A stretch of 64,000 bases of DNA from Candidatus Methanomethylophilaceae archaeon (GCA_050944155.1 JBMNQN010000003.1:32001-96000); one strand, 5' to 3'; shown: positions 1 through 11,582, counted from the stretch's first letter. Program-made: numbers and translations. The notes: generated from the sequence alone by a model not told the origin.

Positions 1-151
1 TCGTTTCAACCTATGATAAGTTTATCCCGCACGGAATACGCGACTATACGCACACGAATGTACTCCCTGCCTTCCCCGTATTTCTTTTTGTACACCCGAT
101 TGCGGAAAAAATCCAGAATAGATTATACGTTGGTTTGCCGTTCGGCCCCTT

Positions 152-1114
152 ATGAAAATATACGAGGCATACAGACTGGCAATCGAAACAGGTATGAAAA
201 ACGACCCCCGCCCGCAGGAGGAAGTCGAGGCAGTCCTTGCCGAAGAGAAGGAAAATTACGAAAAACTTTCAGACGAGAAAAAAGTATTTTTCGACAAGGA
301 AAGACTGTGGAACCCTTACACGGATTCCAGATTTTCCGCTCTCATCGAAGAGTCCAAGGAACTGGAGGCCGAGAGGTTCATGTGGGGCATCGACATCGGA
401 ACGGGCGAGATGCTTCTTGCCGACCGTCTGAGGGAAAAAGGACAGAACATTTCTGCCGTTGTGGCACATCATCCAACAGGCAGATCCAAAGTTCCGTTTC
501 CCGAAGTTATGCGCATGCAGACCGAGATGTACTACGGAGACGGAGTTCCCATAAACGTGGCGGAAGCGCTTATGAGGCCGAGAGAGGAAGAAGTCATCAG
601 GAACGTCATGGGCGCCAACTTCAACCAATCCTCTGACGCGGCCGAACTGCTGGGTATTCCCATGTTCAACGTTCATTCTCCGGCGGACAACATGGTTCAG
701 AAATACATGGACGATATGCTGAAAGAACTCGAACCCAAATACCTGGGAGACATCATCGACCGTCTGCTTCAGGAGCCGGAAATGATTCAGGCGGCGAAGT
801 ACAACAACCCGCCTACGATAATCGTGGGAAACAGGAAGAGCAGGTGCGGAAAAGCCATAGCCAAAATGACCGGAGGAACTTCCGGCCCCAAGGAAATCTA
901 CGAGAAATTCTCCCAGGCAGGAATCGGTACCGTGGTAGGGATGCATTTCCCCGAATCCCACGTGGAAGAGGCCAAAAAAGCGGGAATCAATCTTATCGTT
1001 TCGGGACATATGGCGTCCGACTCAATGGGAATCAACCTGATCTGTGACGTATGGGAGAAGAAAGGGATCGAAGTATTCGGATGCTCCGGATTCATCCGCT
1101 GCAGCAGGAACTGA
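152..1114 (+). CDS. NIF3/DUF34-like dinuclear metal-centre protein
   Basis: AHHP, HSPADN and GHMASDSMG motifs typical of the Nif3 family; 320 aa. Confidence 0.7.
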   Translation: MKIYEAYRLAIETGMKNDPRPQEEVEAVLAEEKENYEKLSDEKKVFFDKERLWNPYTDSRFSALIEESKELEAERFMWGIDIGTGEMLLADRLREKGQNISAVVAHHPTGRSKVPFPEVMRMQTEMYYGDGVPINVAEALMRPREEEVIRNVMGANFNQSSDAAELLGIPMFNVHSPADNMVQKYMDDMLKELEPKYLGDIIDRLLQEPEMIQAAKYNNPPTIIVGNRKSRCGKAIAKMTGGTSGPKEIYEKFSQAGIGTVVGMHFPESHVEEAKKAGINLIVSGHMASDSMGINLICDVWEKKGIEVFGCSGFIRCSRN

Positions 1115-1115
1115 C

Positions 1116-2300
1116 ATGTTCGAGAGAGCCTCCGCCGTTATCCGGAACCCGGAGAAGCTTTCTTTCGGTTACGTACCGGAGAAACTGGTTCACAGAGAAG
1201 AACAGATGAGTCTTCTGGAAAGGTATTTCCGTCCTCTGGCGGAGAGCGGAAAACCCTGTTACGCGTTTCTTACGGGAAGCGTGGGGACAGGTAAAACCGC
1301 AACGGCAACCAGATTCTGCGAGAATATGAGCGCGCACTGTGCCAGATCCGGAAAACCCGTAAACTATGTGATAGTCAACTGCCGGAACAGGAACACCGAA
1401 TCCGGCATTCTTCTCGAACTGGTGAGATATTTTGACAAAGGTTTCCCCGACAGGGGATTCTCTCCCGACGAGATGCTCCGGAACCTGGGAAGGCACATTC
1501 AGAATTCTTCTTCTCTCGTGGTGGTTCTCGACGAGGCGGACATGCTTCTCAGAAAGAACGGAATAAACCTGATTTACCAGCTCACCCGTTTCCCTGAAAC
1601 TCCCAACGGGCGCGGGGTTTCTCTGATTCTGATATCCCAGTATCCCATTTACGGTATGATGGACGAAGCTTCGGTTTCCACGTTCGGAAGGGGAAACAGC
1701 ATCACATTCAACAAATACACCAGAGGAGAACTCCGTTCCATCGCCGCCGCAAGAGCGGAAGAGGCTCTTATTCCCGGAAGATACACCGAGGAGGCTCTGG
1801 AACTCATTGCCGACGTTTCTTCCGAATACGGCGATGCGAGAATGGCAATAGAAATTCTCGGGACGGCGGCTGCCATCGCCGAGGAGCGTCCCGAAGGTTA
1901 CGTTACCACGGAAGACGTGAGGGAAGCCAAAGCTAACATCAACAGCGTGGTCACCGAAAGCAAGATTTCGGATTTGGACATAAACAGGAAGCTGGCACTT
2001 CTCGCGGTCGCCCGTGCTATGAAGAGCAATCTGTATATCAGCACCGGAACCGCGTACAAAACATACGGAGTCGTGTGCGAAGAATTCAACCATGTGGCAA
2101 GAAAACAGACGCAGTTCTGGACTTACATACAGGACCTCGACCGTCAGAATCTTCTGCAGACCGTCGTACGCAACGACAAAGACGGGGGAAGAACAACCCA
2201 CATCTCCCTTCCGGACATTCCTTCCAGGGTTCTGAAAAACAAATTGGAAGAAATGTTGGAATCTTACGAACCGTCGTCCACCGACTATGCGGGATATTGA
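1116..2300 (+). CDS. cdc6: Cdc6/Orc1 replication initiation ATPase
   Basis: YVPEKLVHRE, Walker A GSVGTGKT, Walker B VVLDEAD, GDARMAI, winged-helix-like C-terminus; ATG 1 nt after the upstream stop. Confidence 0.92.
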   Translation: MFERASAVIRNPEKLSFGYVPEKLVHREEQMSLLERYFRPLAESGKPCYAFLTGSVGTGKTATATRFCENMSAHCARSGKPVNYVIVNCRNRNTESGILLELVRYFDKGFPDRGFSPDEMLRNLGRHIQNSSSLVVVLDEADMLLRKNGINLIYQLTRFPETPNGRGVSLILISQYPIYGMMDEASVSTFGRGNSITFNKYTRGELRSIAAARAEEALIPGRYTEEALELIADVSSEYGDARMAIEILGTAAAIAEERPEGYVTTEDVREAKANINSVVTESKISDLDINRKLALLAVARAMKSNLYISTGTAYKTYGVVCEEFNHVARKQTQFWTYIQDLDRQNLLQTVVRNDKDGGRTTHISLPDIPSRVLKNKLEEMLESYEPSSTDYAGY

Positions 2301-2304
2301 TATC

Positions 2305-3225
2305 ATGAAATGCGATCTGTGCGGTTCCGAAGCCGTTGCGTTCATACGTTACAACGGGTCGCATCTCTGTTCGGAGCATTTCGTAAAGTACGTCGAAAAA
2401 CGGGTAAAAAGGGAGATAAGAAAACAGATAAACGTCCGTTCCGGAGACACGATCGGGGTTGCCGTTTCCGGAGGCAAGGACAGCATGGTAACCCTGGAAC
2501 TCATAAGAAAAACCTTCGGCATGCGTCCCGACGTAAAAATACACGCGATTACGATAGACGAGGGAATAGCGGGATACCGTCCTTCCAGCGTGGAAATCGT
2601 TAAAAAATACTGTTCAGAAAAGGAAATACCGCTGAGCATACGCAGTTTTTCCGAACTGGGACTTACGATGGACGAAATAGCGCCCGTTTCCGGAGAAAAC
2701 AGTCCGTGCACGTACTGCGGCGTATTCCGCCGCAGACTGATAAACGACGAATCTCGCAGGGTCGGAGCGAGATTCCTGGCCACCGGCCATAATCTCGACG
2801 ACATGGCTCAGTCCGTCATGATGAATTTCGTGCGTGGCGACGTGGAACGGCTGGCAAGACTCGGTCCTCACAAAAGGGTGCTTCCGGGAATGATACCCAG
2901 ATTCCATCCCCTGAGGACGGTTACCGAAGAAGAATCCCTTCTTTACGCCATTGTTTCCGGTATCCCATTCTGGGACGGAGAGTGTCCCTACTGGAGAGAG
3001 GCTCTCAGAAATCAGTACCGCGACGTCATCGACGAACTGGAATTCCGCACTCCCGGGATAAAATTCAGCATAATCTCGTCTTACGACGAAATAAAGCCCC
3101 TGCTTTACGATAAATATCCGCCTGTGGAGATGAACGTCTGCGAATGCGGAGAACCTTCCGTCGGAACCAGGTGCAAAGCGTGCGAGTACGGCGAAATTCT
3201 GAAAGAACGTATCAGAAATCTCTGA
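2305..3225 (+). CDS. TtuA/Ncs6-family tRNA 2-thiolation protein
   Basis: N-terminal CDLC...C..H Zn finger, SGGKDS PP-loop, CTYCGVFRR, TGHNLDD, CPY, C-terminal Cys pairs. Confidence 0.9.
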   Translation: MKCDLCGSEAVAFIRYNGSHLCSEHFVKYVEKRVKREIRKQINVRSGDTIGVAVSGGKDSMVTLELIRKTFGMRPDVKIHAITIDEGIAGYRPSSVEIVKKYCSEKEIPLSIRSFSELGLTMDEIAPVSGENSPCTYCGVFRRRLINDESRRVGARFLATGHNLDDMAQSVMMNFVRGDVERLARLGPHKRVLPGMIPRFHPLRTVTEEESLLYAIVSGIPFWDGECPYWREALRNQYRDVIDELEFRTPGIKFSIISSYDEIKPLLYDKYPPVEMNVCECGEPSVGTRCKACEYGEILKERIRNL

Positions 3226-4246
3226 ACGGAACGATATCGCAGCAACGGCATTCGCAACACATGGTCCTGCATCCGACCGTGGTCAGTCCGTATTTTTCCA
3301 TGATTTTTTTCTGTTCGGAAGCAATGCGGAGAGAACGTTTCGCATCGTTGGGAACGATACGGCCCAGTGCCCTTTCCAGATTTTTCCTGTTGGCTTCTCC
3401 GGTTCTGAGTGCTCTCATTACAGGAATGATTCCGGCGGAACAGAGTTTTTCCGCAATCCCGTACAGTTCTTCGTCGGTTTCTCCCATTCCGAATATGACG
3501 TTGGAGTAAACCTTTCCTTTTCCGAATACCGAAACGCAGGTCTTCAGATTTTCAAAAATCAGATCGTAATCCAGGCCGGGACAGACTTTCGAGAAGATGT
3601 CCCTGTCGGGAGTTTCAAGATTCAGTTTTATCTCTTCGGCCCCGGCTTCGTAAAGTGCCAGTATATCGTTTTCATCCGAAACGTAAGGTTCGACTCCCAC
3701 GGGCATATCAGGAAAAGCTTTCTTCACGGCTTTGACGCAGGATGCCATTTTTTCCACGGTATCCCTGACGTCGGAGGCAACTCCGTTGGTCAGGGAAACG
3801 GCTTTAACGGTAAGTCCGCCGTCCATTGCTTTTCGGATCATTTCGACTATTTTTTCTTCCGTAAGATTCTTTGTCAGATTCTTTTCCAGTCCGGGCGAAG
3901 AGCAGAAAGCACACCCGAATATGCACCGCTGGTCGAGATTGAAAAATGCCTGCTCGGGACAGTGGTAAACCACCGGTTCGAAGGAAACGTTTTCAAGAAA
4001 CGGGAGCCCTCCGCGGGTCATCGACAGTTTTCCGTTTTCTTCCCTTAGTTCGAATTCTCCCTCTTCCCGGGAAATCGTTTTTTTGACGCGGAGACCGCCG
4101 AAAGAAAAAACCGCAGAAGACAGTCCCGCACCGGGTCCGGCCGTGGAGCGGGATATTCTGTAAGGTATCCGGAATCCGTCGGGAATCTTCACCGCTCCGC
4201 CGAGTGCCAGTTCCGCCTTTCTGCGCAGAATCAGATTCTCTTCCAT
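3212..4246 (-). CDS. Radical SAM protein (biotin-synthase-related) with a Cys-rich C-terminus
   Basis: CIFGCAFC (CxxxCxxC) motif; C-terminal GCRTMCCECRCC. Confidence 0.85.
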   Translation of the reverse strand: MEENLILRRKAELALGGAVKIPDGFRIPYRISRSTAGPGAGLSSAVFSFGGLRVKKTISREEGEFELREENGKLSMTRGGLPFLENVSFEPVVYHCPEQAFFNLDQRCIFGCAFCSSPGLEKNLTKNLTEEKIVEMIRKAMDGGLTVKAVSLTNGVASDVRDTVEKMASCVKAVKKAFPDMPVGVEPYVSDENDILALYEAGAEEIKLNLETPDRDIFSKVCPGLDYDLIFENLKTCVSVFGKGKVYSNVIFGMGETDEELYGIAEKLCSAGIIPVMRALRTGEANRKNLERALGRIVPNDAKRSLRIASEQKKIMEKYGLTTVGCRTMCCECRCCDIVPFRDF

Positions 4247-5628
4247 TTCGCGCCGTCACCGGAATCCTCCAAGCGGATTCCCACATCTTTAAGCCTGTCG
4301 CGGATCATGTCGGAAAGGTCGTACGCTTTGCGTTTTCTCAGCTCCGCGCGGAGGTCGATCAGAATGTCCATAATCGGACCGATGTCTCCTTCCGATTCCT
4401 CTTCTCCGAAAATACCCAGTATTTCGTTGAAGCCGTCCAGTACTTCCAAGGCGGCTTTTGCGCCGTCGCTTCCCAGAGTGCCCTCCGCCATAGCCTTGTT
4501 GGTAAATCTGGCCAGACGGAATATTTCCTCGATTGCCGCTCTGGTGTTGAAATCGTCGTTCATCGCATCGGCGAATCCTTTTTTGCATTCGGCAAGAACG
4601 GATGCATAGTCCGTACTGCTTTCGGAAGGTTTTTCCGCATACGATTTCAGCTCGGCGTAGTTGTTGGCAAGTCTTTCCAGCGAAACCCGGGCTTCTTCCA
4701 TGGTCTCTTCGCTGTAAAGCAGCGGACTGGAATAGTGTGTGTTCAGGAAATAGAATCTAATGACCCGGCCGCTGTATTTTTCGGCCACGTCCCTTACTCT
4801 GAAGAAGTTGCCAAGAGACTTGGACATCTTTTCTCCGCTGACCTGAAGCATCCCGTTATGCATCCAATATTTCGAAAGCATTTTTCCGGTGACCGCTTCG
4901 GTCTGAAGGATTTCGTCCTCGTGATGGGGGAAAACAAGATCGTTGCCTCCTCCGTGTATGTCTATTTCGTCTCCCAGATATCTCCGTATCATGGCGGAAC
5001 ATTCGATGTGCCAGCCGGGACGGCCTTTGCCCCAGGGAGAATCCCAGGAAATCTCTCCGGGTTTGGCTGCTTTCCAGAGAGCGAAGTCCATCGGATTCTT
5101 CTTTTGTCCGTCGTGGACTATCCTGCCGGACGATTCCATGTCTTCGAGTCTGCGTTTGGTGAGTTTTCCGTAATCTTTCACCTTCTCCACGGAGAAATAA
5201 ACGCTTCCGTCTTCGGTGGCGTATCCGAAACCGTTGGAGATTATTTCCGAAATCATTTCGATTATGGAAGGCATCTCTTCGCTTGCTTTGGGATATATGT
5301 CGGCTTTCTTTACGCCCAGTTTTTTAACGTCTTCGAAGTACCGTTCTATGTATTCGGCGGAAAGTGCCAGAGGTTCCTTTCCCTCTTCGTTGGCACGGTT
5401 GATTATTTTGTCGTCCACGTCGGTGAAATTGGTTACGTGGGTCACCTGGTACCCCAGGCTTCTGAGGTACCTTACGAAAGAATCGAACACTATGATGCTG
5501 CGGGCGTGGCCCATGTGTATGTCGTCGTAAACCGTTACGCCGCAGACGTAGATCTTTACCTTTCCGTCTTCGAGAGGTCTGAATTCTTCTTTTTCCCCCG
5601 AAAGAGTGTTGCGGATTCTGAGAGACAT
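4231..5628 (-). CDS. cysS: Cysteine--tRNA ligase (class I)
   Basis: YVCGVTVYD, HMGH, GRPGWHIECS, KMSKSLGN. Confidence 0.97.
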   Translation of the reverse strand: MSLRIRNTLSGEKEEFRPLEDGKVKIYVCGVTVYDDIHMGHARSIIVFDSFVRYLRSLGYQVTHVTNFTDVDDKIINRANEEGKEPLALSAEYIERYFEDVKKLGVKKADIYPKASEEMPSIIEMISEIISNGFGYATEDGSVYFSVEKVKDYGKLTKRRLEDMESSGRIVHDGQKKNPMDFALWKAAKPGEISWDSPWGKGRPGWHIECSAMIRRYLGDEIDIHGGGNDLVFPHHEDEILQTEAVTGKMLSKYWMHNGMLQVSGEKMSKSLGNFFRVRDVAEKYSGRVIRFYFLNTHYSSPLLYSEETMEEARVSLERLANNYAELKSYAEKPSESSTDYASVLAECKKGFADAMNDDFNTRAAIEEIFRLARFTNKAMAEGTLGSDGAKAALEVLDGFNEILGIFGEEESEGDIGPIMDILIDLRAELRKRKAYDLSDMIRDRLKDVGIRLEDSGDGAKWKRI

Positions 5629-5672
5629 TGTTTCGGAACCCTATCAACCAGGTTATAAATAAATCGGTTTGT

Positions 5673-6320
5673 TTATTTTTTGACGAGTTCTTTCAGTTCC
5701 TCGATTTCTTTCCTGAGGGACACGATTTCTTTTTCCAGATTGTTGAACCGGTCTTTCACGGGGTCTGGAAGTTCGTTGTGTCTTAGTTCGTCTTCGCTGC
5801 CGAAGACTCCCGCCTTTTTGATTATTTTTCCCGGAATTCCCACAACGGTACATCCGTCGGGAACATCTTTCAGAACCACGGAACCTGCGCCTATGCGGAC
5901 TCTGTCCCCGATTTTTATGTCTCCCAGGACCGTGGCGTTCGCTCCCACGACAACCCTGTTGCCGAGGGTGGGATGTCTTTTCCCTTTGGAGCCGGAAACT
6001 CCTCCCAGCGTTACGCCCTGGTACAGGACGACGTCGTCTCCTATGACCGCGGTTTCCCCGATGACCACGCCCGTTGCGTGATCGATGAAGAATCTTCTGC
6101 CTATTTCGGCTCCCGGGTGGATGTCGCATCCCGTAAGCTTATGGGCTTCGTAATTGATTTTGCGGGCTTCTTTGTATTTGCCCTGAAGCCACAGTTCGTG
6201 GCTTTCGCGGTACATGGATACCGCGTGGAGTCCCGTGTGGAACCTGACGGCATCGTCTTCGTCTATGAGAGCGGGGTCCAATTCCATTGCTGCCGCAAGG
6301 TCTTCGGGGTCGATTTTCAT
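5673..6320 (-). CDS. cysE: Serine O-acetyltransferase
   Basis: DIHPGAEIG, FIDHATGVVIGET, KRHPTLG hexapeptide repeats. Confidence 0.93.
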   Translation of the reverse strand: MKIDPEDLAAAMELDPALIDEDDAVRFHTGLHAVSMYRESHELWLQGKYKEARKINYEAHKLTGCDIHPGAEIGRRFFIDHATGVVIGETAVIGDDVVLYQGVTLGGVSGSKGKRHPTLGNRVVVGANATVLGDIKIGDRVRIGAGSVVLKDVPDGCTVVGIPGKIIKKAGVFGSEDELRHNELPDPVKDRFNNLEKEIVSLRKEIEELKELVKK

Positions 6321-6425
6321 AATTCTTGATTCTCCTAAGTCTTAATTAACGTTACCAGACGGATTCGGGTCCGAGTATGCCCGATACGCTCTCCAGGTCG
6401 TTTCCGGAAATCCGAAAGACCGGAA

Positions 6426-8354
6426 TCACTGTTCGTACTCTCTGTCGTCTTCGTCGGAAAAGTCCGCCGAAGGACAGGGTCCGTAGCATTCTCTGCAGAA
6501 TATGCACTCGTCCTCGTCGATGTGCACCTTTCCGTCTTCCATATACAGGGCGCCGGGGTTGCACCGGGCCGCGCACAGTCCGCATCCGATGCACTGTTCG
6601 GCTCTCACCACGCACTGCCAGGCCTGGTTCATCTTGTTGCGGGCGTCGTTGATGTTGTTGGATTTCGAAGTGATTGCGCCTTCGCGGTATATCGTGACAT
6701 AATCGGCGGAAACGTATTCTCCGTCCGGGTCTTCGTCCAGAACCCAGCCCAGCGCACGGCAGAACGGTTTTATTTTTTTGATGTCCACGGGTCTGGAAAG
6801 CGCCGCTTCTATGCTGTACCCCATGGAACACGGGGAGTATCCGTCCTGTACTTTGATCCTCAGGGGACCGTTTCCGTCCGATTTTTTCAGAGTAAGGTCC
6901 GACAGTTTCTTTCCGGTCACTCTTTCCACCTCTTCCCTTATGGACGCCGGAGTCTTTTTCCACCTCCAAAGTCCGAATTTTTTCCATTCCGGAGGCAGTC
7001 CGTGCTCCTTCGCGTAATCATCGAGGTAATCGTCCCAAAGGGTATATCTTTTGCTTTTTCCCTCCATGGCTCCGAATTCCGACAGATCGGAAGCGGGGCA
7101 CAGGAAACAGCCTATGCGGTCGAGACCCTTCGAGTACCACGGGTTGAACGGCTCCTTTTTTCCGAATATGTAAAGCCACACGTGCATGGCCGACCAGTTC
7201 TGTATGGGTGCGGCGCCCAGCTGTCCGGGGGTCCAGGGATTTCTCCACACACGGGGTTTGGCGTTTCTCGCCTCCGATTCGTATTTTCTCTGGCCGATGA
7301 ACGAAAGAACCCCGCCGGGGAAGTTTTTGTTTATTGCGGAAACCGTGGGGGCGAGTTTGTTGGTTTTGCAGCACCATCTGTAGTCTTTGGCGGGAGGTCC
7401 GAAGTATACCAGGTTTCCGAAGAAAGCGTCGTCGGGAGCTTTCTCTTCGATCAGATGCAGGCCGTGTCTTTCCGCCGTTTCCCGTACGTAATCCACGGTT
7501 TCGTCGAATTCCAGTCCCGTGTTGACGAAAAGAACCGGAAGTTTCATTCCCGCGTCCAGGGTCAGAAGCAGGCAGGCAAGGCTGTCCTTTCCTCCGGAGA
7601 ACGAAACCACGGCGGGAAGGTCGTTCCTTTCCGTTGTGCGTTTTATGAAACCGACGGCTTCGCTCACTCTTTTTTCCATGATTTTTTTATTGGCTTCGGC
7701 GGCTTCTTCCCAGGTGTGTGTTTTCGAACCCGTTATCCTTTCTTCGGGTTTGTACCATCTGGGTTTTACAGCAACCCCTCTTCCGCCGACCATCTCCGAA
7801 GCGTTCGCTTTGGCGTTTCCGGCAGCTATGATTTTGAAGTCGGAAGTTACGATTACCACTTCGTCTCCCGATTTGACGTCAGGATGAACTCCGGTCACCC
7901 CGGGAGCCATCAGGTTTTTGCTTTCTCTGACGTACTTCACGGCGCTGTCGTCGCATATTACGTACCCTTTGCTCAGAACGCCCTCCAGTCTCATGGCGCC
8001 CTGCATTCTCAGGAGGCATTTCCATCCCGCCCCCAGGTCGTATTTCATGGATGCGACAACGGTTCCGTCGCAGACGACTTCGTCCATACGGTCGAGACCC
8101 GGGCATTTGTTCATAATCACGAGATGTCCGTCCGGGAGAACCGCACGGCCGGAACCTTCGCCGTAAGCCGAATCCAGAGTTTCTCTCACCAAATTTATAT
8201 CGTATTCGAATGCGGGACGGGAATCGGCGGGAGGCGTAAGAACAACCTCTTCAGTTCCGGATTCGCATACGGGGCAGGAACGCTCTTCGAGAATCGGCAG
8301 GTTGCACTCTCTGCACCATCTCAGGTGATTCTTCCCCAGTCTTACGGCGGCCAT
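6426..8354 (-). CDS. PAPS-reductase-family protein with PUA and C-terminal ferredoxin domains
   Basis: N-terminal CxxC pairs, PUA-like LMAPGV, SFSGGKDS, RWCC, RIGCFLCP, two CxxCxxC..CP motifs; start may be 8402. Confidence 0.85.
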   Translation of the reverse strand: MAAVRLGKNHLRWCRECNLPILEERSCPVCESGTEEVVLTPPADSRPAFEYDINLVRETLDSAYGEGSGRAVLPDGHLVIMNKCPGLDRMDEVVCDGTVVASMKYDLGAGWKCLLRMQGAMRLEGVLSKGYVICDDSAVKYVRESKNLMAPGVTGVHPDVKSGDEVVIVTSDFKIIAAGNAKANASEMVGGRGVAVKPRWYKPEERITGSKTHTWEEAAEANKKIMEKRVSEAVGFIKRTTERNDLPAVVSFSGGKDSLACLLLTLDAGMKLPVLFVNTGLEFDETVDYVRETAERHGLHLIEEKAPDDAFFGNLVYFGPPAKDYRWCCKTNKLAPTVSAINKNFPGGVLSFIGQRKYESEARNAKPRVWRNPWTPGQLGAAPIQNWSAMHVWLYIFGKKEPFNPWYSKGLDRIGCFLCPASDLSEFGAMEGKSKRYTLWDDYLDDYAKEHGLPPEWKKFGLWRWKKTPASIREEVERVTGKKLSDLTLKKSDGNGPLRIKVQDGYSPCSMGYSIEAALSRPVDIKKIKPFCRALGWVLDEDPDGEYVSADYVTIYREGAITSKSNNINDARNKMNQAWQCVVRAEQCIGCGLCAARCNPGALYMEDGKVHIDEDECIFCRECYGPCPSADFSDEDDREYEQ

Positions 8355-8484
8355 GTCCCGGTTCAGCGTTTCGGTTGTATTAAGTTGCTTTGACCGTGTC
8401 ACGCCGTTGCGTAAAGACGTTATTCCGCCCCGGTCCGGAGCATCTTTTATTTATTTCCATGTCAGTGGGCCGGAGGGGATACCC

Positions 8485-9690
8485 TTGAGAAAGAAAATCA
8501 GAGCTTCGAGAAGATCGATGGGAATGGATTACGCCATACGCGAGGTCAACGTTCCCGCCGAAGAGGCCGCCAAAAACGGAAAAGACATCATAGGCCTCAA
8601 CATTGGAGACCCCAACAAATGGGATTTCAAAACTCCGGAATACTTCAAAGAAACTCTGAGAAGGGCCGTCGACGAAACGGACAACGGATACGGGAATTCC
8701 CAGGGAAATCCCGATTTCAGGGAAGCGATTGCTCAGCGCGAATATGAAAAACACGGCGTAAGGATAACCGCCGAAGATGTTTACGTGTGTTCCGGGGTCA
8801 GCGAAGGAATAAGCACCCTTATGGGAACTCTTCTGGAACCCGGGGACGAAGTTCTGGTTCCCGGTCCCGGCTACCCGTCGTATGCCCAATACATAGGATT
8901 TTTCGAAGGACGTACGGTGCCTTACAGGCAGATAGAGGAAGAAGACTGGGCTCCGGACGTGGACATGATCCGTAAAAGGATCACCAACAGAACCAAAGCC
9001 CTCGTCATGATAAATCCCAACAATCCGACGGGAGCCGAATACGAGGAGAAGGACATTAAAGAGATAGGAAACATCTGTGCCGAATACCAGATTCCTCTGA
9101 TTTCCGACGAAATTTACGATAAACTCGCTTTCGACGGGGATTTCTTCTCGGCTTCCAGACTGGGAAGCGATGTTCCCAGAATAATTATGAACGGATTCTC
9201 CAAAGTCAACCTCATGCCCGGCTGGAGAGTCGGATATTTCTACCTAATGGACGAAAACGGACTCATGGACGAGATAAGGGAAGGCGTGATGAAACAGTTC
9301 AGGGCACGCATATGCCCGAACGTTCCCTGTCAGGAGGCCGCCAAGGCGTCCCTCCAGGGACCTCAGGATTATATAGACGACATGAACAGAAAACTGAAGG
9401 AACGCGCCGATTTCTCGTACAAAAGACTGAACGAGATAGACGGAATCGAAACCCGCAGGGCTCACGGGGCGCTGTACATGTTCCCGAGCATAGATCTGAG
9501 GGGGCGTCCCTGGAAGACGGACAAAGAATTCGTTCTGGATCTGATCAAAGAAGAGGGGGTGGTCCTCGTCCACGGTTCCGGTTTCTGCAAAGAATTCGGA
9601 AACGACCATTTCAGAACCATTCTGCTTCCTCCCATGGAAAGACTGGAAGAAGCCTACGACCGTCTCGAAAGATTCATGGACAGGCACTGA
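8485..9690 (+). CDS. PLP-dependent aminotransferase class I/II (alanine-aminotransferase-like)
   Basis: LNIGDP, INPNNPTG, SDEIYD, NGFSK, PGWRVG; TTG start after GGAGG. Confidence 0.88.
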   Translation: MRKKIRASRRSMGMDYAIREVNVPAEEAAKNGKDIIGLNIGDPNKWDFKTPEYFKETLRRAVDETDNGYGNSQGNPDFREAIAQREYEKHGVRITAEDVYVCSGVSEGISTLMGTLLEPGDEVLVPGPGYPSYAQYIGFFEGRTVPYRQIEEEDWAPDVDMIRKRITNRTKALVMINPNNPTGAEYEEKDIKEIGNICAEYQIPLISDEIYDKLAFDGDFFSASRLGSDVPRIIMNGFSKVNLMPGWRVGYFYLMDENGLMDEIREGVMKQFRARICPNVPCQEAAKASLQGPQDYIDDMNRKLKERADFSYKRLNEIDGIETRRAHGALYMFPSIDLRGRPWKTDKEFVLDLIKEEGVVLVHGSGFCKEFGNDHFRTILLPPMERLEEAYDRLERFMDRH

Positions 9691-9737
9691 CGGAATTCCG
9701 TCGTAAATATGAATAAAAGGTACGCTCATTCCCGACC

Positions 9738-10262
9738 ATGAACTTCAGGGAAATATGCGAAAAGAGACAGAGTTGCCGTTCCTTCGACCCTTCCAGAACC
9801 GTCGAAAAAGAGAAACTAGACGCCTGTCTCGAAGCGGCGAGACTCGCTCCGTCGGCGTACAACTCGCAGCCTTACAGAATGTGGGCGGTTACCGGAGAAA
9901 AAGCGAAACTCATCGCCGATTACGGATATTCGGGAGTGGGAAAGTTCTGCGGGGACTGTTTTACTTACGTGGTTTTCACGGAGGACGATTACAGCCCGGC
10001 GGCGAAAGCGGGTTCCGAAGCCAAGGGAATGGATTTCAGATCCATCGATTTGGGCATAGCTTCCGCATACCTCACGGCGGAAGCGACGGAAAAAGGACTG
10101 GATTCCTGTATAATGGTGTCTTTCAACGATGAAAACGTCCGGAAAATCATAGGCTCCGACAGGAGAGTACTGATGGTGGTTGCTCTGGGATACCGCAGAC
10201 CGGACGATTCACAGAGGATAAAAAAGAGAAAATCCTCCGACGAAATAATCGTCAGAGTTTAA
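9738..10262 (+). CDS. Nitroreductase family protein
   Basis: RQSCRSF, APSAYNSQP, GLDSC, ALGY. Confidence 0.9.
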   Translation: MNFREICEKRQSCRSFDPSRTVEKEKLDACLEAARLAPSAYNSQPYRMWAVTGEKAKLIADYGYSGVGKFCGDCFTYVVFTEDDYSPAAKAGSEAKGMDFRSIDLGIASAYLTAEATEKGLDSCIMVSFNDENVRKIIGSDRRVLMVVALGYRRPDDSQRIKKRKSSDEIIVRV

Positions 10263-10266
10263 GGGT

Positions 10267-10683
10267 TTAAAGTTTTTCGAATCTCTGGAGCATCTTGACG
10301 ACCGCGTCCACCGCGTCCCGTCCTTTCTCGATGCGGTCCATCGCCTGCAGCTGGGTCTCTCCGGGCCCGGTTATTCCCAGCGCCACGGGCTTGTTGTATT
10401 CCAGCGAAAGGTCCGTAATTTTCCTTGCGGCCTGCGCCATTATGACCTGGTCGTGGTCGGTTTCCCCTTTGATTACGGCGCCGATGGTGATAACGGCGTC
10501 CAAATCGTCCATTTCCAGAAGTTTCTTCACGGCCAGGGGTATGTCGTATACGCCGGGTACGAAAACTTTTTTGGTTATTTTCACTCCGAGGAATTCGGCT
10601 TCGGCCTCGGCCCTCTGGATCATCATAGACGTTACGTCGAAGTTGAATTCGGCCGCAACCATTCCTATTCTGTATTCTTTCAT
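10267..10683 (-). CDS. ribH: 6,7-dimethyl-8-ribityllumazine synthase
   Basis: AEFN, VPGVYDIP, GAVIKGETDH. Confidence 0.95.
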   Translation of the reverse strand: MKEYRIGMVAAEFNFDVTSMMIQRAEAEAEFLGVKITKKVFVPGVYDIPLAVKKLLEMDDLDAVITIGAVIKGETDHDQVIMAQAARKITDLSLEYNKPVALGITGPGETQLQAMDRIEKGRDAVDAVVKMLQRFEKL

Positions 10684-10687
10684 TTTT

Positions 10688-11582
<895 letters not shown>

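Noticed and set aside
44-55. CTATACGCACAC repeated at 20798-20809
   Set aside because: Only two copies, non-palindromic, flanks unrelated; chance cannot be excluded.
1-151. Replication origin near cdc6
   Set aside because: No ORB-like repeats or long AT-rich unwinding element visible, and cdc6 is inside an operon. Sequence upstream of the window cannot be seen.
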